A stretch of 33,000 bases of DNA from Laetmonice hystrix (GCA_965235115.1 OZ249441.1:16306001-16339000); one strand, 5' to 3'. Counted from the first letter of the stretch, positions 11,220-22,797 are shown. Numbers and translations: made by a program. Notes: a model not told the origin generated them from the letters alone.

Positions 11220-12139
11220 AGCTGACCCATGACCACCAAACATTTCCTACATCAGGTGTCCCCCGGTGAATGTTACATATTGATGAGTCAAGTAAGAAAA
11301 CAAATCGGGACAGGTAGAGAACGGGTTGAAATTGATATAAAAATCTGGCAGAATCATGCCAGAAAGATTCTTGATAAAGTTTCAGTTCGTTCGTGTCGCT
11401 AGCGCCTGTCATGTGAGCAGCTCTAATTAGGACGAGAGATGTAGGAGTGAGATTAGTGGTCCCCTTTGATGAAGTTGTTCTAGCCAGGACTAGTCAACAT
11501 CTCCAGGCCATGCAGAGCAGGATCGTTGCATGTAGCATGAAATCGTACAACCATAGCACCTCAATTAATCAATGACACCGACTGGGCATCATCTATTACC
11601 CGCCTGATTATTTAGGTCCTATCAAAATGAGTAAATCCACCACCAACTTGCATAAAGCTGAGCAGGGCGCCACTGCAGCGTTGCAAAGAGCACATGTAAC
11701 CAGGCGCCAGTCAGTTGAAATAAAGCAAAGACTCATTCGTGGTTCGAAATGATTTATACCGACAGTAATTTGAAGAAGGTTTCACCTGTGGCCTCTAAGG
11801 TTATCTGAAATTTAATCAAAAATAATCACTAAAAGCAACAGAGAACCAGGGTATCAGTAGGCAGGCCACACTGGATTTAGAGTGTGGCTCTGGGTGGGAG
11901 GTTGGAGGCAGAGACAGAGGAGAAAGGAAAGATAGCGTATCTCGCTCTTCACTGAGGTAATGGCTATGAATGTCGGTGATGAAATGTGAGCCTGATGACA
12001 TTATGTTTTTATAAACTATTATAAATTATTATATGCAACAACAAGAATTACCTGACTCATTGTTCTTCGGTCCCTCTAGCTATGTATGACAAGACGCACA
12101 TTCAAATAGGAAAAACGTGCAAAGGGGTTTCCTTTATAT

Positions 12140-12469
12140 CCGCCAAGGCATTCAACTTCACATTACCATTATATTTTCTACACTATACACCCAGTATCCC
12201 CTTCTGGGCCGTATTCAACAGGGCGAGAACCTGTTTACAGATGGTGAAGAGTCTCAAAAAGAGCAAGCACTCAATGAAGACTTTGTGAGGTGGAAAGAAG
12301 TGACTGGGATCTCTGGGGGAACTGTTGAAGGAGCTGGAGAAGACGGAAGAGAAGACACTAGAGAGTTGTGCCAGGCTGTGGCTGCTCCATGTGGCGCACA
12401 CATTAGGATTTCCCAGGCCCTGCCTTCCTCATCATTCGACAGTCGTACCAATGGTTTCTAATTAAAGAG
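12140..12469 (+). pseudogene. Decayed coding-like relic, copy 2 (possibly LINE RT)
   Basis: AKAFN and GRIQQGENL resemble the RT motifs KAFD and RGxxQG. Blocks 12304-12343 and 12420-12469 are homologous to 11129-11168 and 11170-11219. Confidence 0.35.
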
Positions 12470-13076
12470 GACTCTGTATGTGTTCCGATCCTCAACCCTT
12501 GATGGTGTAGCGTTCCAGCTGCTCTTCCCCGGTCACCATGGATACACGTCCTTCTGGGACATCTTTCCTGGTTTTAATCCCGCTGTCACGTCATGGACAA
12601 ATTCAGTTACGTTCTCATTTACAGGTGTCTTATAACCGATACGTGGGTCTGCTCACATTTATTTCAGCTGAACCACGGATATTTGTATTTGAATTAGTAA
12701 TCTGTAAATGAGTTAAGAGCAGCACATATATACAAATTTGCTTTACTGTCCAGTGAGGAGAAATTGCGGATCGTGGAAATTTCTTTTATTTCTATCTCCC
12801 TCCATTGTCACTGGGAGAGCGGCCATTACCTAATTGATATGCTGGAGTCTTTAATTCGATTTACAAACATCGTTAGTTCATCTGAAGGTATCCTCAATTT
12901 GGAATAAAAACGTGTTTTGATGTTTACATTATATATACTTCTATCGAAATATTTTAAGTTATTCGTTTCTATCAATAAAAACCGTCTTTTCAACAATATC
13001 AGATATCTGCAAACATCTGCAAATCCAGGATCAAGTCAAAGGTATAGCCATGGCAATCGGTTGGTGTTTACCACTG

Positions 13077-13222
13077 GTGACGTCACATGACGTCACCGCC
13101 GCCTACGTCAGGAGCCCCCGTCCATGGCCTGGCAGTGTCACGTCACCTGGCCACACTCAACTACTTATATATTAATTAATGAATGTACTGTTTGACTGAT
13201 TGAGCTCTGCCGGTCACGTGAT
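13077..13222. promoter_or_regulatory. Tandem CRE sites plus E-box
   Basis: GTGACGTCAC (13077-13086) is directly followed by ATGACGTCAC (13087-13096). Further CGTCA half-sites and GTCACGTGAT at 13213-13222. Confidence 0.4.
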
Positions 13223-13726
13223 CGTCCAACAACGGAGAGGATTGCTAAAAGATTGCTAAACCGTAGTGTGCAGTGGCTTGGGGATTCCAATGACACCCGT
13301 GTACCGTGGGAGTTAAGTGCAGCAGGACAATAACCTAATCATGCAAGCGACGCTAATGTAGCCATATATCAGACATTTTGTCTTGGTCACCTTGACGTTG
13401 GTGCCGTCATACGGGCGGCAAACACCTGAGTCCGGGATACATACGTGACTGGATCATGTTACCACGTCCAGTTTAACTAGCTCGATGATACTGACACTCC
13501 GACAGCCATTACTGATCTCACCTTCTGTATTACTATAGTTATATGTGCAGTTATTACTCCTACAAGTAGTCCATTTCTCTCACAGTAATACAACCATACT
13601 TCTCACCAGACACTTCCTATAAGTTGATCGGTTTCAAAAAAATCCCTGCCAGCTCTCGACCTGAACGGGTCTGTACTTAACACGAGTTGTCACAACAAGA
13701 GCACTGAGCCCGCAATGACTGCTCTC

Positions 13727-13727
<1 letters not shown>

Positions 13728-13806
<79 letters not shown>
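13728..13806. repeat. (CAAT)n tetranucleotide microsatellite, about 19 units
   Basis: Perfect run. Confidence 0.98.
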
Positions 13807-13808
<2 letters not shown>

Positions 13809-14959
13809 AACAACCAAAGAGTTCCTCACGTCCTGATAATGGATGGAGTTGGCTGTTACCGACAGCTCTCCCTGATCGCCAATCGAAAGACAACAATCCT
13901 CCCCAGTATGTTCTTGGTGTCGAACAAAACCTAACGGATTTCACAGTTCCAAGGCACAATTAGCTGATAAATGTCTGGGTTCATTGTGGCACTGCCAGCT
14001 ACATTACTTACAAAGCACCATATCTTTGTGCTTTTATGTTTGACTCTATAATACTGATAGTTTAGTGAGTAATTTCTGTCAATCTTGGTAGTGCTGCCAT
14101 GCATACCAACGTACCAATGTAGAGAGAGTAGTTTTAACGGTCGTTTCAATTGAGACAAAATGGCACATCCTTTCTTTGCCGACTTCTCTACATTGCACTG
14201 CACCCGGAGCGCCTTGCACTGGTTTCCTTAGTCCATATAATAGGGAGGCAGGCGCCCAGCTTATCATCTCAGACCATGGCGTATTCACCTCAAATTCAAT
14301 TAAGATACTATCAAAATCAGGAGTCTCATATCGAGCATGAAGACTGGAACTATGAGCCCAGCATGGACCACTGACCCAGGCCAGTGCCGCCTTGCCTCTG
14401 GCGCTGGAGACGGGCCCAGGAGAAAGGACAGTACCTCACGACTTTCACCAGCCATATGTCCTCCATGTTCCACCCCTTACTGACGGCGACCTCAATTGCT
14501 GATTCAACCACAGATAAGACCGATAGAGAGAAAAGTGGATTTGGTTCGAGATATAGTTTAACTTTTTGTCCCTCAAGGGGGAGACTCGGCAATATTGGAC
14601 ACGCCATACAAAATATGTCTATCACATTGCAATCTTAGTCCAATACATGACAAATGGTCACATATCACAGCATAGAACAGATCAGTGACATTCAGCTCGG
14701 TAGACCTGAGAAAAATGGACAGAGTGAATGCTTTAATAGATAAGATGATACATTGGACGTTTCCACTCCATGATTTCTGAGAAATCGTCATTAAGAACTT
14801 ACAGATGAAACCCTTTTCTGTTACACTCATGCATCAGCCTAGTGTGTACCGTTACCAACCATCACTAGCAGATCTTCTGATTAGCCAATTCAAGCATAAA
14901 TATTTATCTTGTTTTGCCTTCTTTTGATGAGGAAACCAAGGATGGTATGATGTGACCAG

Positions 14960-15440
14960 AGTACTGTAACTTTAATAGCTCTTCACCAATTCTGCACGAG
15001 ACCTTCAAAGAGATTCTCTGCGGATATGTTGGGCGGCACGAGAGTCTGGAATCAATTCGACACGCGAGGCTTTCTGCACTGTCTCGTCCTGCCAGAATGC
15101 ATGACATGTCGAGAGATAATTGCTTGCCACAAGTACTGGTTAACAGATGAATGCCACGTAGGAGCTAGAAACCAATACATCAGCACTCACACGTAACCAA
15201 CCTTGATTACATCAAGGTCCCCCCTCTTTTTTCTTCTTTCACTTTATTTAAAACCTACAAAGAATCCTTTACGTTCCCTTCAAGGCGAAGTATGGGGGCG
15301 GAGACATGGAGGAAAGTCTTGTAGTTGATACAGTGTCGGGTAGCAGTTGTAGGTGGGCCGTTCTATGGTTACCGGTGTTTCCATTCTACATGAGCGCACC
15401 CTTGGCACACAACTAAACGCTGCCCACAGGCGGTGTATCT
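14960..15440 (+). mobile_element. Possible decayed RTE-like LINE C-terminal fragments
   Basis: LNAAHRRCI (15413-15439) resembles the LxxFHxRCLR motif. IRHARL...RMHDM..NCLPQVL (15055-15138) resembles RRLxWxGHVxRMxxxRLPK. The order is not collinear, so support is weak. Confidence 0.22.
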
Positions 15441-16110
15441 TTATTCCACTCCGTGAACTCCGGCACCTCATTGCGTCTGCAGCCCAAAGCCCTCCCCACT
15501 CGCACCTGCACAAACTATCTGACATACCTCTGCTAATATGCTGTATGCACCAAAGTGGAAATCTTGCTGTCTGACATGCTATATTTCGAGCACAGTCCGA
15601 CTGAAGCCAGCAGTGTTAATGAAGCATGCGAGGCTGTGATCCTGACTGCTGCTGTTCTAGTCACCTGTTCCCGCCTTTGGCCTTCTGAAGAGGCGAAAGC
15701 CTTTTTGTCCCGAAGCAATGCAAAGCAGCCGCAGTCTGTTGTTAAGGTGCAGTACATCCATTCAGCAGGAATACAGTTTGCTTCCGCTTGGCAACAATCG
15801 GGTTAGCCGATGGTCCGTTCTCAAGTAGGATTCCGCCATGTGGCCCACCTGGACCTTGTCTATAAGCTACTCCATCAACACACCCTGCACCTGGAGCATT
15901 GTTCCCGGGCTGTCTGATCTTTCTACCGGGCAGACTCAACAATATGGTTCACCTCAGTGTCCGCTCGTGTCCGGGTCTCCGCACGCTGCACGATACCCTT
16001 ACCCCCTCCACCCCTCCGTGTACCCACCCTTCATCAAGCACCACCCTCCGGCCCCCGGTCGGACCTCCAACCCGGGGCCGTACACGTTTACACCGTCATG
16101 ATAACCTTCG

Positions 16111-18955
16111 ACCAAACTACCTGGTTCAGTCAGCCTTAATATGTCTGTAAACACAGCTAATCCTGGACCCCCGCCCCTCAAACTGCTATCACTCACTTAA
16201 CGTGTCCGTATCCATTCACAGATCACTCTGATTACCAAACTACCTGGTTCAGTCAGTCTGTAAACACACTGAGGACAGCTAATCCTGGACCCCCGCCCCT
16301 CAAACTGCTATCACTCACTTAACGTGTCCGTATCCATTCACAGATCACTCTGATTACCAAACTACCTGGTTGAGTCAGCCTTAGTGTGTCTGTAAACACA
16401 CTGAGGACAGCTAATCCTGGACCCCCGCCCCCCAAACTGCTATCACTCACTTAACGTGTCCGTATCCATTCACAGATCACTCTGATTACCAAACTACCTG
16501 GTTGAGCCAGCCTTAGTGTGTCTGTAAACACACTGAGGACAGCTAATCCTGGACCCCCGCCCCCCAAACTGCTATCACTCACTTAACGTGTCCGTATCCA
16601 TTCACAGATCACTCTGATTACCAAACTACCTGGTTCAGTCAGCCTTAACGTGTCTGTAAACACACTGAGGACAGCTAATCCTGGACCCCCGCCCCTCAAA
16701 CTGATATCACTCACTTAACGTGTCCGTATCCATTCACAGATCACTCTGATTACCAAACTACCTGGTTGAGTCAGCCTTAGTGTGTCTGTAAACACACTGA
16801 GGACAGCTAATCCTGGACCCCCGCCCCTCAAACTGCTATCACTCATTTAACGTGTCAGTATCCATTCACAGATCACTCTGATTACCAAACTACCTGGTTC
16901 AGTCAGCCTTAATGCGTCTGTAAACACACTGAGGACAGCTAATCCTGGACCCCCGCCCCTCAAACTGCTATCACTCACTTAACGTGTCCGTATCCATTCA
17001 CAGATCACTCTGATTACCAAACTACCTGGTTCAGTCAGCCTTAGTGTGTCTGTAAACACACTGAGGACAGCTAATCCTGGACCCCCGCCCCTCAAACTGC
17101 TATCACTCACTTAACGTGTCCGTATCCATTCACAGATCACTCTGATTACCAAACTACCTGGTTCAGTCAGCCTTAGTGTGTCTGTAAACACACTGAGGAC
17201 AGCTAATCCTGGACCCCCGCCCCTCAAACTGCTATCACTCACTTAACGTGTCCGTATCCATTCACAGATCACTCTGATTACCAAACTACCTGGTTCAGTC
17301 AGCCTTAACGTGTCTGTAAACACACTGAGGACAGCTAATCCTGGACCCCCGCCCCTCAAACTGCTATCACTCACTTAACGTGTCCGTATCCATTCACAGA
17401 TCACTCTGATTACCAAACTACCTGGTTGAGTCAGCCTTAGTGTGTCTGTAAACACACTGAGGACAGCTAATCCTGGACCCCCGCCCCTCAAACTGCTATC
17501 ACTCACTTAACGTGTCTGTATCCATTCACAGATCACTCTGATTACCAAACTACCTGGTTCAGTCAGCCTTAGTGTGTCTGTAAACACAGCTAATCCTGGA
17601 CCCCCGCCCCTCAAACTGCTATCACTCACTTAACGTGTCCGTATCCATTCACAGATCACTCTGATTACCAAACTACCTGGTTCAGTCAGCCTTAGTGTGT
17701 CTGTAAACACACTGAGGACAGCTAATCCTGGACCCCCGCCCCTCAAACTGCTATCACTCACTTTACGTGTCCGTATCCATTCACAGATCACTCTGATTAC
17801 CAAACTACCTGGTTCAGTCAGCCTTAGTGTGTCTGTAAACACACTGAGGACAGCTAATCCTGGACCCCGCCCCTCAAACTGCTCACTTAACGTGTCCGTA
17901 TCCATTCACAGATCACTCTGATTACCAAACTACCTGGTTCAGTCAGCCTTAATGTGTCTGTAAACACACTGAGGACAGCTAATCCTGGACCCCCGCCCCC
18001 CAAACTGCTATCACTCACTTAACTTGTCCGTATCCATTCACAGATCACTCTGATTACCAAACTACCTGGTTCAGTCAGCCTTAGTGTGTCTGTAAACACA
18101 GCTAATCCTGGACCCCCGCCCCTCAAACTGCTATCACTCACTTAACGTGTCCGTATCCATTCACAGATCACTCTGATTACCAAACTACCTGGTTCAGTCA
18201 GCCTTAGTGTGTCTGTAAACACACTGAGGACAGCTAATCCTGGACCCCCGCCCCTCAAACTGCTATCACTCACTTAACGTGTCCGTATCCATTCACAGAT
18301 CACTCTGATTACCAAACTACCTGGTTCAGTCAGCCTTAGTGTGTCTGTAAACACACTGAGGACAGCTAATCCTGGACTCCCGCCCCTCAAACTGCTATCA
18401 CTCACTTAACGTGTCCGTATCCATTCACAGATCACTCTGATTACCAAACTACCTGGTTGAGTCAGCCTTAATGTGTCTGTAAACACACTGAGGACAGCTA
18501 ATCCTGGACCCCCACCCCTCAAACTGCTATCACTCACTTAACGTGTCCGTATCCATTCACAGATCACTCTGATTACCAAACTACCTGGTTCAGTCAGCCT
18601 TAATGCGTCTGTAAACACAGCTAATCCTGGACCCCCGCCCCTCAAACTGCTATCTCTCACTTAACGTGTCCGTATCCATTCACAGATCACTCTGATTACC
18701 AAACTACCTGGTTCAGTCAGCCTTAGTGTGTCTGTAAACACACTGAGGACAGCTAATCCTGGACCCCCGCCCCTCAAACTGCTATCACTCACTTAACGTG
18801 TCCGTATCCATTCACAGATCACTCTGATTACCAAACTACCTGGTTGAGTCAGCCTTAACGTGTCTGTAAACACACTGAGGACAGCTAATCCTGGACCCCC
18901 GCCCCTCAAACTGCCACTTAACGTGTCCGTATCCATTCACAGATCACTCAGATTA
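16111..18955. repeat. 132-bp tandem satellite, 22 units
   Basis: GTCTGTAAAC anchors at 16143, 16256, then exactly every 132 bp from 16388 to 17576, and on to 18862. 123-bp and 125-bp deletion variants occur. Confidence 0.99.
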
Positions 18956-19321
18956 ACGTCATCCCTCTCCATCTCCAGGGACTCCTTATGTATTGTGCGT
19001 AGATCGCCTTTTTTTTACAATTCACTTAGGTCTGAACACACATAATGATCTCACATCAAAGCCCCAATGATTTACTTTTTGTAGACGGGTTTCTCGCACA
19101 GGTGAAAAACAACGCGCACGCTCAGGAAATATGCTCTCAGAAAAACATTGTGTTTTTTTAAATAGAGAATAACTAGACAAAACTCGAATAACTCTTTCGT
19201 TACAAAACTGTTGTGAAATCAAAGCTGACTGTTGGGGCTTGGCGTAAGCAATGAGGCCAGTTTCTCGCCAAGTATTACAAGGTGATGTACCACTGCTATG
19301 GATACGAAGCTGGAGTCTCAC

Positions 19322-19523
19322 CTCACACACGACATAAGTAGATGTTTGGTACTGCAAGGCTGGCCTGTACTGTGTGCGCCATCTCCCATCATTGTACTGC
19401 ACGGCGGCGAAACAACCCACTGCATCACTTCGCATTTAACCGATTCGGAAACAAAAATGTTCTGAAGAATTTCCTCTTTTCAGATAGTTCTAACTGTCTG
19501 CTACTGCAATCCATAAAGACGCA
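19322..19523 (-). pseudogene. Possible frameshifted THAP-like zinc-finger relic
   Basis: CVFMDC...FFRTFLFP, then after a frameshift AAVQYNDGRW...P...STYVVCE ending at GAG|GTGAGA. No in-frame ATG, and the conserved Trp/His are not in frame. Confidence 0.18.
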
Positions 19524-20698
19524 TTTAGCGAAACTGTTGCCCCGCCTAACAGTACGACAGACATCAGGCCCTATTTCCTCTCCTCGCTTCGTCCATGCAT
19601 TTACGTTGATGAATGTCACTTAAACTGCGCATGCCATGCACGGATTTTAACATGCAGCTTTAATGGTAAGCTGGTGCGAATTCTAAGACCGTTAAGTTGC
19701 TATTTATCAATTTCAAAATACTTGCAATATTCAAACCTTTGTTCACTTTAAATCAAACATTTCATTAAACACAGAATTAGTTCAAAATTCTAAAGCAGGA
19801 CACGATCAGAATAATGGGGTAAATGGTAAAATGAGCACGAGTGCTTTAATCACAGAATTGTATCAAGAATATTGGGATGTACCCATTCCAATATTCTTGA
19901 TTGTATTTCGGTAGTAAATCTATTTGGAGTGACAAACACGTATTTCTGTTCACGTAGTCTCACCTTCCAGTATCGACTAACTCATTCTTGGCAGATACGA
20001 TACAAAATACAAAACACAGTATTATTAAACGACGCTGGCCCCTTTCTTATAAGGTATCTAACTGTTGGAAACTAAAGACGTTTCTATCGGTGGTGTTCGT
20101 AATATCCAGATGTGGAAAGATATATCTTAGGATGACCAGATAATTTCATGTCTAGCATACTCCCATTTTACGACATCGTGTCACACTGGCCGGAGATACC
20201 TGATACAAGCACCTTGCCATTACAGCACTGACCGTAATGCAGGTTGGTGTTATTGCTGAACACCTCGCAGCTCTCTGAACCTTCACACCGTTTCGTTGAG
20301 AACCCCGACTTTAGCCCTGTCATCACCAGCCAACTCCTCACCTCTCCCCCTCCTCACACCGGCCGAGTTAGCCACCACTCCAGGCCATACCACCCCTGAC
20401 CGCCGGCGATTGGTTCAATCATCGTGAAGCACCCACTGAGGTCAATCCCAGACACAGACCCCTTGGTAAAGAACAGTTCCTTATTAAAGGTCTGGAGGGA
20501 CTGAAAGCTCAGCGTATCGGCGCTGCTAACGGTGGGACTATAGCATTGCGAGCAATGATTGAGCAATCCGTGGATTAACCTGCCAGGACCGGCAGGACCA
20601 CCGCATGTAGTCGTCTCGGTCCCTACGGTCGTCTCGGTCCCTGTTACGGTCCCTGTGGTCTCGACCACCTTACAGTACCCTTCCACAGGAAGAATCGT

Positions 20699-20791
20699 CT
20701 GGGGCCAGTTGCATGACGGTCCGTTCGTTAAAATTCTCATTGAAAATACATGGGGAAATTAACGAACGGACAGTCATGCAACTGGCCTCAG
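20699..20791. mobile_element. 93-bp foldback / minimal MITE
   Basis: Arms 20703-20731 and 20759-20787 are reverse complements at 28 of 29 positions, extend to 20699/20791 with one more mismatch, and enclose a 27-nt loop. Confidence 0.75.
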
Positions 20792-20819
20792 CCAATCCTA
20801 TGCTACTGTCATTATACTA

Positions 20820-21717
20820 AAGCCCCCGTCACACTTTCCCGGATCGCGCGCCGGGTCTTGCCGGATCGGGGCTACGGGCGCATCCGGCATGATCCGTGGT
20901 CCGATCCGGCGTGATCCGGGATGTTCCGTAGCTACCCGTGGCAACCCGTACCGATTCGTAGCGGTCTTTCGATCCGTGGAAAAGTTTTGAACATGTTCAA
21001 AACTTTTTCGATTTCGACCACGGATAAAATCGCCGTAGCGGATCCGTAGCAACCCGTAGATGACCCGTAGTAACCCGTAGGCGATACGTAGCAACCCTTA
21101 GTGAACACTTAGCGTTTCCCTAGTAAGCCGTGATCACGTGATCGGTGATGGATCCACTACGTGTTGTTAGGTATCCTTCCCGGGTCGGTACGCATAGGTA
21201 AGTATTGGTAGGTATAGGAACGGATCACACAAAGTATTGGTGCGTATCCACTACGGGTTGATACGGTGTGCTACGGTGGTACCCTACGTATTGTGACGGG
21301 TTGGTATGGCTTGCTACGGGTTGCTTCAAATCAAGGTAGCCAACGCGTGTGGCACGTGGTGACGCTCGCCTATATATTGGCAAGCACCCCAACCTGTTCG
21401 ATCCGTAATAACCCGTCGGAGATACGTAACAGCCCGTAGTAATCCGTAGTGGAACCGCATCAACCCGTAAGAGAGCCGTAGTGAGCCTAAGCCGTACCTA
21501 TACGGAGTAGCCCCGGGAAGCTATCCGTAACAATCCTTCTCAACCCGTAACAATGTCGTAGTAACCCCTACTGGAGCCGTGTCAACCCTTATCAACCCGT
21601 TCTGGATACGGAGTTTCACGCATCATCGCCTTTCCAGGTCACGGAAGCTGCCGGATCGCCTTCCGCTACGGATCATTCCAAACCGTCGCTTGATCCGGGA
21701 AAGTGTGACAGGGGCTT
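20820..21717. mobile_element. ~0.9-kb non-autonomous TIR element (MITE), PIF/Harbinger-like termini
   Basis: TIR AAGCCCC(C/T)GTCACACTTTCCCGGATC at both ends (27 of 28 match), flanked by TA...TA. Many internal ACCCGTA/TACGG(G)T and GGATC subrepeats. No transposase. Confidence 0.85.
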
Positions 21718-21825
21718 TAAGCTGCATGTAACACATCCGTCAGTTGACACTTTGCATCCGATCATATACTACTCCAACTGCAAACCACAAAATATGACAG
21801 AACACATCCTGTCCCATATCTTGTT

Positions 21826-22108
21826 CGGAAAGACACACCGAATAATATACACAAAACTTCTCTATCTTAGACGGGAAATACACACAGAATAATATACACA
21901 AAACTTCTCTATCTTAGACGGGAAATACACACAGAATAATATACACAAAACCTCTCTATCTCAGACGGGAAAGACACACAGAATAATATACACAAAACTT
22001 CTCTATCTTAGACGGGAAAGACACACAGAATAATATACACAAAACTTCTCTATCTTAGACGGGAAAGACACACACAATAATATACACAAAACTTCTCTAT
22101 CTTAGACG
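21826..22108. repeat. 47-bp minisatellite, 6 units
   Basis: AATAATATACAC anchors at 21841, 21888, 21935, 21982, 22029 and 22076. Confidence 0.97.
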
Positions 22109-22283
22109 TGATCCGACTTTACATTATGTTTTCACCTCAACAAGACAAGATAGAGTTCACCTTATACCAGCTGAATATTCTTACCTGAAAAAATCAATCA
22201 CAGCTGATAATGGGATTAATCGACTTTAACGTATGCAAGTATTTTTGCGTGTCAATATGCAGTCATATTGAATGCTGCTCTTA

Positions 22284-22521
22284 CACTGTAAAAAAATATT
22301 CGTAGAATAACAGACAAAATTTACAGCTTTATTTGGTGTAAATTTATTTTACAGTAGAGTTATCTGTAAAATAACGCATTAGTCTTTACAGTTACAAATA
22401 AAAATACCATAAAATTACAAATGTTTCTGTCAAATTTAAGTATTTTGCCTGTTTAATTACAGTTTTTATAACTGGCAGCCTGGACGCCAGTGAAATTAAC
22501 TGTAAATTTTTTTTTACAGTG
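22284..22521. mobile_element. 238-bp non-autonomous CACTA/EnSpm-like element
   Basis: Termini CACTGTAAAAAAA ... TTTTTTTACAGTG, with multiple internal TTACAG/CTGTAA subterminal repeats. The 2-bp flanks TA/TC are not identical. Confidence 0.7.
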
Positions 22522-22617
22522 TCCCCTTAATGTTTCTTTCTTACTTTCTTACTGCCAGACCTTGATTTATTACATATCACTACAGACCTAAGACCTTTTA
22601 GTCGTTATCAGTTCACC

Positions 22618-22797
22618 ATTTCAGATACGTGGATAGAACTCCACATATTTCAGATACGTGGATAGAACTCCACATATTTCAGATACGTGGATAGAACTCC
22701 ACATATTTCAGATACGTGGATAGAACTCCACATATTTCAGATACGTGGATAGAACTCCACATATTTCAGATACGTGGATAGAACTCCACATATTTCA
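22618..22797. repeat. 29-bp perfect minisatellite, 6 units, with internal palindrome
   Basis: ATTTCAGATACGTGGATAGAACTCCACAT head-to-tail; internal GTGGA...TCCAC stem. Confidence 0.98.

Noticed and set aside
16111-18955. Hammerhead ribozyme core (CTGAGGA) in the 132-bp and 27-bp repeats; CTGAC..GAAAC in the 54-bp repeat
   Set aside because: No stem II followed by GAAA in the first two, and the 54-bp unit lacks CUGANGA. Other CTGATGA hits (for example near 6.5 kb) also lack the GAAA half.
20354-20740. 128-aa minus-strand ORF and a plus-strand peptide EQFLIKGLEGLKAQ (gag-like)
   Set aside because: No recognisable domain; the ORF start lies in the foldback loop, and the plus frame is bounded by stops with no LTR or pol context.
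22618-22797. CRISPR-like 29-bp palindromic direct repeats
   Set aside because: Units are head-to-tail with no unique spacers, there is no cas gene or leader, and the context is eukaryotic. The same applies to the other arrays.
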